The translations under genes and the position numbers were made by a program. From the human T2T-CHM13v2.0 reference genome, Homo sapiens: 64,000 bases of DNA. The notes beneath the pieces are model-generated. The model was not told where the DNA came from. It did no database searches and was given only the letters and a program-made list of their open reading frames with translations. Where the stretch lies: the NCBI RefSeq assembly GCF_009914755.1, contig NC_060925.1; one strand, given 5' to 3'. Every line of letters begins with the position of its first letter. The stretch's first letter is position 1. Positions 41,920 to 55,599 of the stretch are shown piece by piece.

Positions 41920-42475
41920 TTGAGTCTGATTTTTTTTCACTTAGAGGAATGCACTTACATTCATCCTTCTTGTTGTTGTTGTGTGTGTATATCAGTAGTT
42001 TGTTTCTTTTTATTGCTGAGAAGTATTTTGTTGTACCAGGGTAACTCTGGTACAATAAAACACCAGTGAAGAACTTTCAGGCTGTTGCCAGTTTTTGATG
42101 ATTAGGAACAATGCTGCTCTTAACGTGCCCTGGACATAGTTTTTTTGTATAAATGCAAGTTTTCATTCTTCTAAATACCTAGGAGTGGGATTGCAGATCA
42201 TAAGGTAAATGTACATATAACTCTATAAGAAATTACCAAACCGTTTTCCAGAGTGGCTTGACCATTTTGCATGTCCACCAGCCGGGTACGAGGGTCCTAG
42301 TTACTTCGCATTTTTGCCAGTGCTTGGTATTGATGGCTTTTTGTTTTTGTTTTTATTTCTTACCCGTTCTAATAGGTGTATAGTGGAATCTCACTGTGGT
42401 TTTAACATGTTGAATATCTTTTCATGTGTTATTTGCAATCTGATTATCTTCTTTAGTAAAATATCTGTTCAAATC

Positions 42476-42710
42476 TTTTTTCTTTTTCTTTTTCTTTTTT
42501 TTTTGAGACAGGATCTCACTCTGTCACCCAGATTGGAGTGAAGTGAACAATCATAGTTCACAGCAGCCTCTAACTTCTGGGCTCAAGTGATCCTCCTGCC
42601 TCAGCCTGCCAAGTAGCTGGGATTACTGGTGCACACCACCACACCCAGCTAATTTTTTAGTTTTTTTTTTTTTTTTTTCTGTAGAGTCAGTGCCTTGCTA
42701 TGTTGCCCAG
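42476..42710 (-). mobile_element. AluJ, partial
   Basis: (TTTTTC)n tail, CTGGGCTCAAGTGATCCTCC, left monomer truncated. Confidence 0.88.
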
Positions 42711-42962
42711 TTTCGTTCATCATTATTATTTTTTTTAACTGGACATTTGCTTCCTTATTGTTGGTTTTGAGAGTTCATTTTAAATTAAGGATTTAAGCCC
42801 TTTATTAGACTTGTGATTATCAGGTATTTTCATTAGGTTGTGTTTTTCATTCCCTTAGCCATCTTTTATGGAGAAAAAGATTTTAGTTTTGATAAAGAAC
42901 AATTGATGAACTTTTTTCTGTTATGGGTCATACTCTTGCTGTCATAGTTAAGAATTTTTTCC

Positions 42963-43175
42963 TAATTCGAATTTATGAAAAATATTTTTTGTGTTTTCTT
43001 TTTTCAGAATATTTGTACTTTTATGTTTTACATTTAGGTCTATGATTCACTTCAAGTTAATTTTGTATAATTCAAATTTATGAAAAATTTCTTTTGTGTT
43101 TTCTTTTTTCAAAATATTTGTAATTTTGTGTTTTACATTTAGATCTATGATTCACTTCAAGTTAATTTTGTATAA
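42963..43175. repeat. 105-bp tandem duplication inside L1
   Basis: Copies begin at 42963 and 43068, about 7 mismatches. Confidence 0.9.
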
Positions 43176-46100
43176 GATATGAGGTGTGGGTCAAGGTATG
43201 TATTTTTTTGGCATATGAATGTCCGATTGTATTAACACAATCTGTTGGAAAGATTATCCTTTTTGTATCAAATTGCCTTTGCACTTGTACTAAAAATCAG
43301 TTGACCTGTATACCATAATTTAGTACCACTAATACCATATTTTCTTGACTGACACAGCTTTAGAGTAAGTCATGAAGTCAAGTAGTGTGAATCTTCTAAA
43401 TTTGTTCTTCTTTTAAAAAAATGTTTTCTAGGTCATTTATCTTTCCACACAAATTTTAGAATCAGCTTGACAGTATTTATGTCGGGATTTTAATTGGGAT
43501 AAGTGTTAAATCTGTAGATAAATTTGGAAAAAATTGATATCTAAACGATACTGAGCCTTCCAGAAGAAGTGAGCCTTATTTAGCTCTTCCTCAATTTCTC
43601 CTATTTGGCTATTCTTTGATTTCTCTTTGAACACCACCAAACGGATTTTGCATATTTTTGTTAGATTAATATCTAGGTATTTCATTTTTAGGGCCATTAT
43701 AAATGGAACTTTGAAAAATGTCTGTTTCCAATTTTCATTGCTAGTATATAAATATATGTTGGATTGATTTTTGCATATTGACATGTCTTACAAATTTGCT
43801 AAACTCATTTCTTACTTCTAGAAGGTTTTTGGAAAATTATTTAGGTTTTCTATATCAATCATGACATCTATGAATAGGATAATTTTATTTCTTCATTTCC
43901 AGTCAGTGTGCCTTTTATTTCGTTTACTTACCTTGTTGAACTGGCTAGGGTTTCAGTACTATGCCAAATAGGAGTTGTGGGAGCAAACGTCTTTGTGTTT
44001 TTCCTTATATTGGTGGGAAAAGATGTTGTCTTCATTATTACATGTGTTAGCTACAGTTTTTTAAATAGATACTCTTTATCAGGTTAAGGAAATTCTCTTT
44101 TATTCTTAGTTTGCTGAGAGTGTTTATTATAGATGAGTTTCAGTTTTTTCAAATGCTTTTCCTGCCTCATTTAATATGATCATGTGATTTTTCTCCTATC
44201 GTTTGTTAGCATGGTGAATGATATTGATTGAATTTTGAATGTTGAGCCAGCCTTCCATTTCCAGGATTAACCCCACTTAACTGTAAGACAGTTCTCTTGT
44301 TTGCATACTGTTGGATTAAATTTGCTAATATTTTGTTGAGAATTTTTACATATATGTACATGAGAGGCATTCATCCATAGTTTTCTTTTTCTGTACTGCC
44401 TTTCTCCTGCTTGGTGTCAGTGTATTGATGGCCTCAAAAATGTCAAAAATTCTCAATTTAAGGCTCTCAGAATATACTGATGGTATTGTAGTGTTATATT
44501 TAAATTAACAGAGAGAAATTAGTGATCAGCTGTGGAACAATACTGTTCCATCAAGAGGGTAGTAGTCTAGAAATATGTAATAAAGAAAAACAAGTGAAAC
44601 ACATAATTGATCAAGTTTAATGAACTAGGCTCAAAAAATTGATTGTTTATCATGCTAATCCAAATGTGATGTGAATTAAGAAACCACATCCAGCCAGGAA
44701 GACTGCTCATTCTCACCCCACTGTAATCAGGTTTTACTTATACAAGGAGACCATCTGGTAATTTTTCCATGAACTGATAAGGGTGTGTTCCTTTGGCATT
44801 TCCATCTATCCTGAGCAGCATAATAGGTAAGTTCCATAGAGAGATGAATTTTCCACTGTTGGTGGAAACCCATATTTATCTTTCTGTCCAGTTGACAATA
44901 CAGCTGTAAGTTGTTTTAATGATATTATGATGTCAAATATAAGAATATTAGCTAAAGGGAGAGAGCTCTAAACTCCGAAATTAGAGTAACATAGGCTAGT
45001 ATTGTAGAAGTCCGCTCCTTTCATCCAGGCACAATGTGAGAGGTCAGGAAAGCATATCATAATGGTTATGAAAGTGAACTCTGCTCTTAGATTGTCTGGT
45101 TTGAACTTGTGAGCTGGCTGACATTAGGTAAGTCACTAAACATTATATTGGACATTTTAAACTTAACTAGTTTAAAGCTCCTTTCCAATTTCTCTCTTAT
45201 CTCTAGTGTCTCAGATGTGAATTCTCTGTTTTTTGGGGCCTGAGTCTTTGGAATTTCTTTTCTATATTGGACTCCCTCATATTGTATCCTTAAATTCCTC
45301 ACTTTGCTAGGAAAAATTTCCTCTCTAGTCCATTGTGTGCACTGGCTGTGGTTACCTCTCTATGGAGTGATTTTTGGTAACCCCAGATCATATCTGACTG
45401 AATTAGCAGGTTCTAAGCCATTTTTCTTGTCAACTTTTTAGCTCGAGATTTCTGAACCACATAAAATTGAGGCTTCCACAAAAACCATACAGGCTCTGGG
45501 GTCTTTGGCGGGTAACTCTTTATCCATTCATGACCTGAGATGGATAATTAATTTCTAGATGAGCCCATGGTTAGCAGGTGGACATTTTTTCTTCTCTGTT
45601 AAAAATCTCAGTGACAGAGACGTGTGCTCCCAGCATCATTTTGCCCATGGAGCTTCAATTCTTTGTTATCACCTTTGACTCCCTCTCAGTTGACAGCACT
45701 TGTAGATTCTTTGTTGTGTTAGAGCTGAAAAAGTTACAAAAAGGATCTTTAATGTATTGAAGGGTTAGCAGAAACTAGATGAGATCCAAGGGGAACAAGT
45801 AAATGCAAAGAAAAATAACTATGGACTGAAACGATAATACTGAGCAAACATAAAATTGAGGGTTACCTTGGAGGCAAATACCAATACCAGGGCAGAGATC
45901 ATGAGCTTGGTCTCTGTCTCAATTGGAAACCTCTCCATTAAGTAAAAGCCTTGGAAGGAAGCTAAAGTGGTTTCAGATCAGTAATCCCTCTAGCCTCTTT
46001 CTGGAGAAAAGCATTTCCAGGTCAGGCCCCCACGATCAAGCGAAACAAAATGTGTATGTATAATCAAAACTTACTGAATACCCAATGCAACAAGCCACAT

Positions 46101-46307
46101 GACTGAAAGTCAATAAAAATGACAAACAACAAATTAGGGATCTAGCAACTAAAAATATAATAGTTGAAACACAAAACTCAATTAACAGGTTGAACACTAA
46201 AGAGAGGATTAATGAATTGGAAGGTATGTCTAAAGAAACTATTCAGAGCATGAAGCATACGGAGACAAAAAAATGAAAAATACAAGAGTTAAGAGATATA
46301 GAACACA

Positions 46308-47882
46308 TAAGCAATCTTGAGCAAAAAGAACAAAACTGGAGGCATCACACTCCCTGATTTCAAAATCTACTATAAAGCTACAGTAATAATAAAACAGCAT
46401 GGTACTGGCATAAAAACAGACACATACACCAATGGAACAGAATAGAAAGCCTAGAAATAAATCTACCAATTTATGGCCAACTGATTTTTGACAGATGCCA
46501 AGAACACACAATAAGGAAAGGGCCAGTTACTTTAATAAATCATGTTGGGAAAATGGAATATTCACATGCAGAAGGATAAAATTAGACTCTCATCTCACAT
46601 AATATATAAAAATTAACTCAAATGGATTAAAGATTTAAACATAAGATCTGAAGTTGTAAAACCCCTGGACAAAACATGGGAAAACTGCATGACATTGGTC
46701 TGGACAATGTTTTGTATATGAACCCCAAAGCACAGGCAAATGAAAGCAAAAACAGACAAATGGAATTACATCAAACTGAAAGCTTCTGAACAGCAAAGGA
46801 AACAGTTAACAGAATGAAGAGATACTGTAAGGAAAAGAAGAAAATATTTGCAAACCATTCACTAATAAGGGGTTAATATCCAAAATACATAAGGAACTCA
46901 AAGAACTCAAGAGCAAGAAAACAAATAACCCAATTAACAAATGGGCAAAGGACCTGAGTAGACATTTCTCAAAAGAAGACATACAGACAGGTGTATAAAA
47001 ATATGCTTAACATCACCAATCATTAGGGAAATGCAAATTAAAACCACAATGAGATATCACCTCGCCCTATCAGAATGGCTATTATCAAAAAAGATGAAAA
47101 ATAACAAGTGTTGGTGAAGATGTGAAGAAAAGGGAACTCTTACACACTGTTGGAGGGAATGTGTATAAGTACAGCCCTTTTGGAAACAGTATTGTGGTTC
47201 CTCAAAAATTTAAAAATAGAGCTATCATATGATCCAGAAATCCCACTGTTGGGTGTATATCCCAAAGAAAGAAAATCATTTTATCAAAGAGATAGCTGCA
47301 TTCCCATGTTTACTGCAGCACTATTCATAATAGTCAAGGTATTAAATCAACATAAGTGTCCATCAGCAGATGAATTGGTAAAGAAAATGTGGTATATGAA
47401 CAATAGAATACTGTTTAGCTGTTAAAAAAAGTAGGATATCTTATCATTTGTACAACATGGATGAACCTGAAGGACATCGTGTTGTATAAAAGAAGTCAGA
47501 CAGAGATGGCAACTATTACATGACTTCACTTATATGTGGAATCTCAAAACATTGAGCTCATAGAAGCAGAAAATAGAATGGTGGTTACCAGAGACTGGGG
47601 TTTGGGAAGATTAGAGAGATGTTGGTCAAAGGATACAAAATTTCAGTTAGGTGGAATAAATTCAAGAGATTTATTGTACAACATGTATAGACTATAGCTA
47701 ATAATGTATACTTGAAAATTACTAGGAGAATAGATTTTGTGTTCTCACCACAAAACAAGTATGTGAGGTAACGCATACATTAATTATCCTGAATAGCTTT
47801 TCCACAATGTATACATACATCAAAACATTATGTTATACACCATATATGTATAATTTTTACTTGTCAATTAAAGTAAATAAAT
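46308..47882 (+). mobile_element. L1MA 3' portion (ORF2 end and 3'UTR), sense
   Basis: GCAATCTTGAGCAAAAAGAACAAAACTGGAGGCATCACAC...GGATACAAAATTTCAGTTAG...TGTCAATTAAAGTAAATAAA. Frameshifted. Confidence 0.92.
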
Positions 47883-48689
47883 AGTGTCCAGCAGACACAA
47901 CATGAAATGCCAAAAATGGTGGGCAGATACATGTGAAATTCTCCTTGGGCAATTGATAAAGAATGAAAAAATAACACACATCAAGTATTCAATTGGAGAT
48001 GCATTTTGAGAGAATGAAGGAAAAGTAGTCTGCAAATAATTAGTGGCTGATAATTTTATATAAATTGCATATGCACAATTGAGAACATATATAATAAAGC
48101 ATGTATGTAATAATATGTATGATGTAGATATTGATATATTTCCCAGCTATGTCCAATATAAAGGTCTAGAAAAAAATCATCAGACCTCCAGTAGCAAAAT
48201 AAATCTTCAGTATTAAAATTGTGGTTTTGATTGCGAATGAGAATCTTTAGCATCAAAGTTGTGGTTTTGTCATTTTCCCACTAAAAGAATCCAAACATCT
48301 TTGAGAAATGCATGGGTCCAAGTGTGGATCAAGAAATGTAGAATATCAGTCTGGAACATCTTACATTAGATAGTAAAGAAGCTCTCATGACTAATTATAG
48401 GGTCTTGTGATTGGTTCCTGCCTATCAAACCAATTTTAAAAGGCCACTATTAATGGGACAATTTGAGCAGGATAACAACTGCAATAAATGGAAATCCATC
48501 AAATATTTAAATGCATGAGTTCATGATGATAAGAAAATAATTAGAGACTCAAGGAACTCCTCTTTAAAAACGATAGTTAAATGGAAATGGAAGGGTAAGT
48601 AAGATAGAGCCAGTGAGAATGCCACAGATAGTATATGTGCACAGTATGAAGATGGAAGAATTCAGTCCTATGTGTTGGGAGACAAGTGA

Positions 48690-48960
48690 GTGGACAGGAG
48701 AGGGGGTCAAAATGAGGTTGGGGAATTACGCATGGCCAGTCATTTCAGGATCATTTAGTCATGCTAAGGATTTGGTCTTTCACTTCTAAACATAATGAGA
48801 ACTTCTTGGAAAGTTTCCTGCAAGTAAGAGTCATGATCAAATTTGCATTCTTAAAAGATCACCCTGGCTGCTATGTGGCCAATGGATTGGAGGGGTCAAG
48901 AGCAGAATCACAGAAAGGGAGAGCTCAGGGCCACTGCAGGTGAGAGATGAAGCTGGCTAG
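48690..48960 (-). mobile_element. L2 fragment
   Basis: CATGATCAAATTTGCATTCTTAAAAGATCACCCTGGCTGCTATGTGG. Confidence 0.75.
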
Positions 48961-49429
48961 ACCTGACAAGCACTTGTGGGGTGCAATTCTCTCTCAACAC
49001 ACACACACACACAAAAAAAATCCATCTAAGAAAGACCCTTTGCTCTCTGGAGTAACTTCATAACTTGCCATGTCCTACGTATCTGATAACATGAGCCCTG
49101 TTGTCCTTATTCCACTGTTATCAATAACTGGTTTTCTCCAACAGAAGGTAGATTCTATGTAATGTTTATACTTATAATAAAAAATTGGTAGGTCCTCTTC
49201 AAAGAACAGCTGTCTAGTAGAGTGATTTCACTTTGCTTTTAAAGTTTTCTGAGCAGATAAAATTGCTTACTATTATACTTCGTTTTTACCTTTTCTGATG
49301 CAAACGATAGAACTTCAAAAACAGCATGTTGCAATAGAGATTTTGTGTTTCTTACTGAGCTCACATATAAAGAAAAAAACCTGTTTGTATGTAAAAAGGA
49401 GTTATTCTCCCCTAGAGAAACACCATGAG

Positions 49430-49581
49430 CAGGGCTAATAATCAGCTGAGACACCCAATATGACAATGTCAGTTGTTCATGACAATGTCAGTTAATGGCT
49501 AGTGTCCATTAGTTGCCGCATCTGTTCCGACTGGTCAGTGTCTATGCGCTCATGGTTGTTAAATATTTAAAACTCATTCTG
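49430..49581. mobile_element. Small hAT-type MITE (family uncertain)
   Basis: CAGGGCTAATAATCAG...GGTTGTTAAATATTTAAAACTCATTCTG, degenerate 8-bp TSD ACCATGAG/TTCATGAA. Confidence 0.5.
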
Positions 49582-50435
49582 TTCATGAATATTGAATCAT
49601 ATTTACAATTTTCATTTGGAATACATTTTAATTCATTCACCTTCTATGTGATTGGAATTAGAGGGAGAGAATAGACAACATTCAGAATTGCCACATACAA
49701 TCCTTTCTTTGGAGAGGCAAGGAAAGATTGTTAAAAAGATTTATTGTAGACACGTTATAGGTTGTCTCTTCTTGCATTCTCTGGTTTTTGGTATGCTTGG
49801 TTATTCTCCGTGAAGAAACATTCTAGCTGCCTTGCCTCTCTTATGCTTTTCCTCCTTTCTTTGGCACAATATTATTGTTCTGTTTTTAAAAAGGAGACTA
49901 CAATTTTTCAAAAATTTCAAGTTGTATTTTAGATATAGAGGGTACATGAGCAGAGGGACCACTATATATATATATATTTACCATATTGTACTTAAGAGAA
50001 AAAAGAATAAACAAGATAATTTATTTCACCCTGAGTCATTATAGATCTATTCATCAAAGTTCATAGCATTAATTATCCCTTTTTTCCCTTGTTGAGTGAG
50101 TGTACATTTTCTACCATTTCTGCCAAACCTTTGGTAATTCGTTAGGTTCCTTTCAGAGGTGTGGCGCTTTGGATGTTTTCAATGGGAGCATTCTTTAAGG
50201 ATGGCTTTGTGCTGTGAACTCTGTTAATAATGCTTTGGACCAAATCTATTGAATAAATGTATCAAGCTTAAAAATAGTATTAATAATCAAAGATAAAGTC
50301 TGGCTACAAAGATATTTAGACTTCTTGAATGGCTTCTAAATTGGTGATAACACTTATTTTCTTGTGGGTCTCATATACTGTCTCAGAAGCAAACTTTGAA
50401 AGAGGAATCCTCAAAATACGTTGAGCCTCAGTACA

Positions 50436-50738
50436 TTTCTTTATTTAATTTATTTTTTGACACAGGGTCTGGCTCTGTTGCTTAGGCTGGAGTGCAGTGG
50501 TGCAATCTTGGCTCATTGCAACCCCTGCCTCCTGAGTTCAAGCGATTATTATGCCTCAGCCTCTTGAGTAGCTGGGACTACTGATATGCGCCACCATGCC
50601 CAGCTAATTTTTTGTATTTTAGTAGGCACGAGATTTCACCATGTTGCCCAGGTTGGTTTTGAACTCCTGAGCTCAGGCAATCCACCCACCGCAGCCTCTC
50701 AGTGTTAGGATTATAGGAGTGAGACACCGTGCTGGGCC
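50436..50738 (-). mobile_element. Alu (old S or Jb)
   Basis: Antisense full-length Alu, degenerate TSD CCTCAGTACATTT/CCACAGTACCTTT. Confidence 0.92.
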
Positions 50739-51441
50739 AAACCACAGTACCTTTAGATCTCAATGGTTTTCCAGTGTAACAACTGAAAAATGATACTCAT
50801 TTGGATGTGTAAATTATAGAGTTTGCTTTATACTTTATGCTACATTCTCGCCATATACTGTCAGATGCATTATTGGGATTAAAGACTCTCCAAGTAAAAT
50901 GTCATACATAGGATATCACCTTTCAATTTCATTTTATAAGTCTCCTGGTCTGCCTACCTCTAATCTTCTAGTATAATATAAAAAATTCAATCGTGGTGGG
51001 AGGACAATAATTTCAATTATTTTAAATAATTCAAATTTTTTAAATCACACAGAGTTTATATTTTCAATGATGGATGAGAGTTGGATATTAGATATTAAGA
51101 ACATATTTTTTAACTTTACAGTAATTTTCATCTATGTTTAGACAGTGAAAAATTATGCTTCAGGTAGTCATATTAAGTACCTGCAATTCTCAGCTTACTA
51201 ACGGAACGGTTTAAGAAATATGATTTTATTTTCCTATAAGTGAACTTAAGTTATATTTCAAGTTCCCTATTTCATCTGGTTGAAATTCAATCTTGGTCAA
51301 TGTGATGGTTGATTTTAGGTGTCGGCTTGACTGGGTTAAGGGTTACCCAGATAGCTGGGAAAGCATTATGTCTGGACACATCTCTGAGGGTGTTTCCAGA
51401 AGGTGGGCAGGCACTTTTCTATTTGTTGAGGTCCTTGCTAG

Positions 51442-51800
<359 letters not shown>

Positions 51801-52058
51801 ACAACCATCTTCATCTGCCCTTGAATATCAGAATTCCAGGGTCTTAGACCTTTGGGTTCTGACATTGTACCAGCAGTACTCAGTTTCTTAGGCCTCAGCC
51901 TCAGGCTGAGACTTACAGCACTGGCTGCACTGGTTTTCAGGCATTTTGGCTCAACTGTATTGTACCACCAGTTTCCTTGGTTCTCCAGCTTGCAGATGAC
52001 ACACTGTGGGACTTGGCATCCATAATCATGTGAGCCAATTGCCACAATAAATCCCCTC

Positions 52059-52099
<41 letters not shown>

Positions 52100-52135
52100 A
52101 TCTATCTAATCATCTATCTAATCCATCTATCTATC
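52059..52135. repeat. (TATC)n / GATA tetranucleotide STR
   Basis: About 10 perfect units followed by a degenerate tail. Confidence 0.95.
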
Positions 52136-55034
52136 CTATTGTTTCCTTTCCTAGGAGCACTCTAACAGTCAATTTGGAATTTCTTCCATTGTTTCAAGGT
52201 CTTTTCCAAGTCAATTCAGGATCTTCCCAAATCCCATGTTTTCTTCTGGGTTCTAGAACTTTAAGAGGCCCAAGATCTTGGTGTGGCTATTTTGACATCT
52301 GCCTTGGAAGTATTTGCTGTGACATCACTGGTTGTTGAGTCCTCCACAGGTTGTAACCATGTCTTCCTTGCCCTTTGTATCAGATCTCTTCAAATCTGCT
52401 TGGCAATTTATGAGCTCCTCTTGTGAAACAAGAGACGTGTGTGTGGCTCTTCTCTTGTGCCATTCTAGGTCCACAGGGGATTTTCAAATTTGTCTCAGCC
52501 TTTTTTTGGCTGAATACCTTATGGAACCATTACTATTCAAATGCTATCATGCCAAGGAGGGCACAGGATATTTTTTTAAAATGCACTCCCTTACTAAGTT
52601 CCAGGTCACGGGCTCCATTCAAATCCCTAAACTTGTCTGAAGATGTGCAACCTTCCTTCTGCCTAACTTGGCCTATGGTTTGGGGAAGGTACATGGCCCT
52701 TTCCCAAAACACCAGGAACATCTAATCTGCCTTCTCCCTGATTTTTCTCTTCTTTTCCAGCCCAGCTAATCTTTATCTTGTCTAAAATGGGAAAGAAAGA
52801 AACAAACCCTGGATTTCACAACTTTAATGTTTATGCAAGGACTTTGACTTTTAAAGTGAAAGTCAGTGATTTACTCCTTCCTTCTTTCCTTCCCAGAGGC
52901 CGTGAATCTAAAAGAGACTTTATTAGTGGGGTTAGAATCACATGGGTAAAAAGAATTACTAGAAATGGAAAGAAACAACTCAGTGATACAATATCTAAGT
53001 ATGAACAGTATGCCTGTTAACACATGGATTTCCACAGCCTACAGATTTTGAAACTGAAGTAGGTGGCCCTGAAATATGAGCCTTTCGTTTTAATGGAGCT
53101 ATTGCTACTGTAAAACAACTGTATAAATCCTTTCCAAAAAATCCCTTCTTGCATTTTAGGAACTTTCTCTAAGGCTTGTTATTATTATTATTATTTTTGT
53201 ATCTTTTTTTCCTGTATGGTGAGAGAATGAAATTTATTCTTGGAAATACATAAGCTCTTTGGGCTCTGGCCAGCCCTCTACTACAAAGGCATCTTCCTGT
53301 GCACTCTTCTTGACAGAGAACCCTGCCATATAATCCAGCTGTGCATAACTCAATGTGCCAGTTCAGTAATCCTTTAATGAATCACCTTTTAAAATCTGCC
53401 CCTCAGCCATAAGTATGTCACTTCAACATCATTTTATACTCTGAATTGAATTACATTAAAGCAGTTACAGCATGGAAAGAGGCAAGAGTATTTTACATTA
53501 AATCACTGGACAACAATCATAATCAATAGTTGAGTGCCCTAGTCAGTGAGCCCGACCATGTTATAAACTGATTTGGCTTCGACGACTTTTCCAGCTAAAG
53601 TCCAGCAACCAGTGAATGTCATTGCGTAAGCACCAAATTCCTGAATTTGTTTTGACATATATTCTCATCAGTAATGGCAATGATGCAGAACAATTGCACA
53701 ATTTTAAAAATAAAATTTTGGGTTTGCAAAACACTTGGCTTTCCAGGTGAAGAAATTTGCATGAGAGGTGGCTCAAAGCTATGTTGATTTAGATGCAGCT
53801 TTTATCTGAGATGTGTCCAACCTAAATCCTACATTATACTCTATTTTGTTTTGCTTTGTCTCCCCTCCACTTCACCTTGCTGCCTTTAATGTTCTTGTCA
53901 TTAGGACACAAAAGAGGAGAAGGATGAAATCTGCATACCTAGCTCTGCGGATTTTCCTAACCATTGCCAGGAAAATCCAGCAGGGTGCAGAAGTAAAACT
54001 GCTGCCAAGGAGTAGGCAGGAGAAAGGAAACATGGTCCTTTATGGATGGGGCATTTATTTTGCTTCTGGAAGAGTAAGGTGGCATGAACTTCCTAAGGCA
54101 GGTATAGGGATCTGAGTGGAGCAAGTGCTTCTGCACTGACACCTGACACCCTGTGGACTCACTGGAACTACCAGATGTTCCATAGGCATCTGTGGAACAA
54201 GGGTGACAAGAGACACATGGAATAAAACAATATTTGAATGGGGCCAGTATTTGGTCAAGGACTTGCAGGCTGGAGCCAAGCCTAGGACCCTCCCTGATGT
54301 CAAGGCTGCATCCATATCAGACTCTCATACGGTTAGTGCACAGTTTTAAGAGGTCCAGTATTGCAGGAGCCCAGTTCACTTACGCAGTGAATAATATGTT
54401 TCTAATCCTAGCATTCAAGGCTGTATAAGCCTATGCCGTCTTTCAGACTTCTAACATTGCTTTCATACAAAAACACTTCCTCTAGCCCAGGTTATTGAAG
54501 GAGTAGGCTTAAAGATGTCTTGCAATATTTTGCCATAATTTTTTTTTCATGTAATTGTTCTGACATCTCAAAATCTTACCTATATACTGAGTGCCACCTC
54601 CTTTATAAAGCTTTTCATGCCTGAAATTCCCATTGAACAAATGTTGCTTAAATATCAAAGAGCCCTAAATGAGAAAAACAAAACAAAACAAAACATCTCA
54701 GCAATTAACTTTTATACACTGTGTAGGAGACTATCTAGGTACTTATCAAACATGTTTTAGCGGTATATAAAACCAAAACCAATTGCCCCACTCTTGTCTT
54801 TATATCCATCTCCACCCACCAGAGCTAACAAATTTAATAGCCTGTGGACTAAACTACATCTTTCTTCTTGCTCAAACAAATATATGTCTATAAAACATAT
54901 GTTCATTATGTATCTACAGGAGTTTTTTTTTTTTTTTTACTGAGATAAAACAGTGTTACACACATTATGTTGCAATTTGTGAATTTAGCCTTATAATATG
55001 TCTTGGACATAAATTTGTTAAAAGCTAAGCTATC

Positions 55035-55260
55035 TGATGGTTAAGTGCCAAGGTTTTAGGGTCACAGTGCCTGGGTTCAAATCCAAACCCTGGAGCTAAA
55101 TAATCATGTAACTCTTCATAAATTACTTACTTAACCTCTTAGTTTTCTCATTGGTTAAATGAGGATAATATTTTCAATATTATTGTGGGATTATGGTGAT
55201 GGTTAAGTAAGTTCAGACATAAAAAGTACTCTAGAAAAGCACACTCAATAAAGGTGCTAT
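55035..55260 (+). mobile_element. MIR
   Basis: CCTGGGTTCAAATCC...CTTAACCTCTTAGTTTTCTCAT...AAATGAGGATAATA. Confidence 0.75.
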
Positions 55261-55599
55261 AAATTGCTCCTCCAGGTCAGAAAATATGCATACACATGGA
55301 CTTTTATACTTTTATGTAAGTGATATTATTATAAGGCTTTCTTTTCAGTATAACATTTTCTTTCCTTTTTCTGTTTCCTTATTTGTTCCCTATTCCCTGT
55401 CTTCATTCTTCTATATTTACCTCTCCTACACCACTTACTTTAAGTAATATAAATATTAATACCTGTAAACCCCCTTAACTAGTGTGGACTAATATGTATT
55501 ATTCTGCATTATTTCAAAAGATTCCCTAAGTTTATGTCACATTATATATTATGTGCATACATATACACATATATGTGAGTATGTTTTTATCATTATTTG

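Noticed and set aside
44820-45135. Two AG|GTAAGT motifs (near 44826 and 45127)
   Set aside because: No polypyrimidine tract immediately upstream and no convincing partner acceptor; expected by chance.
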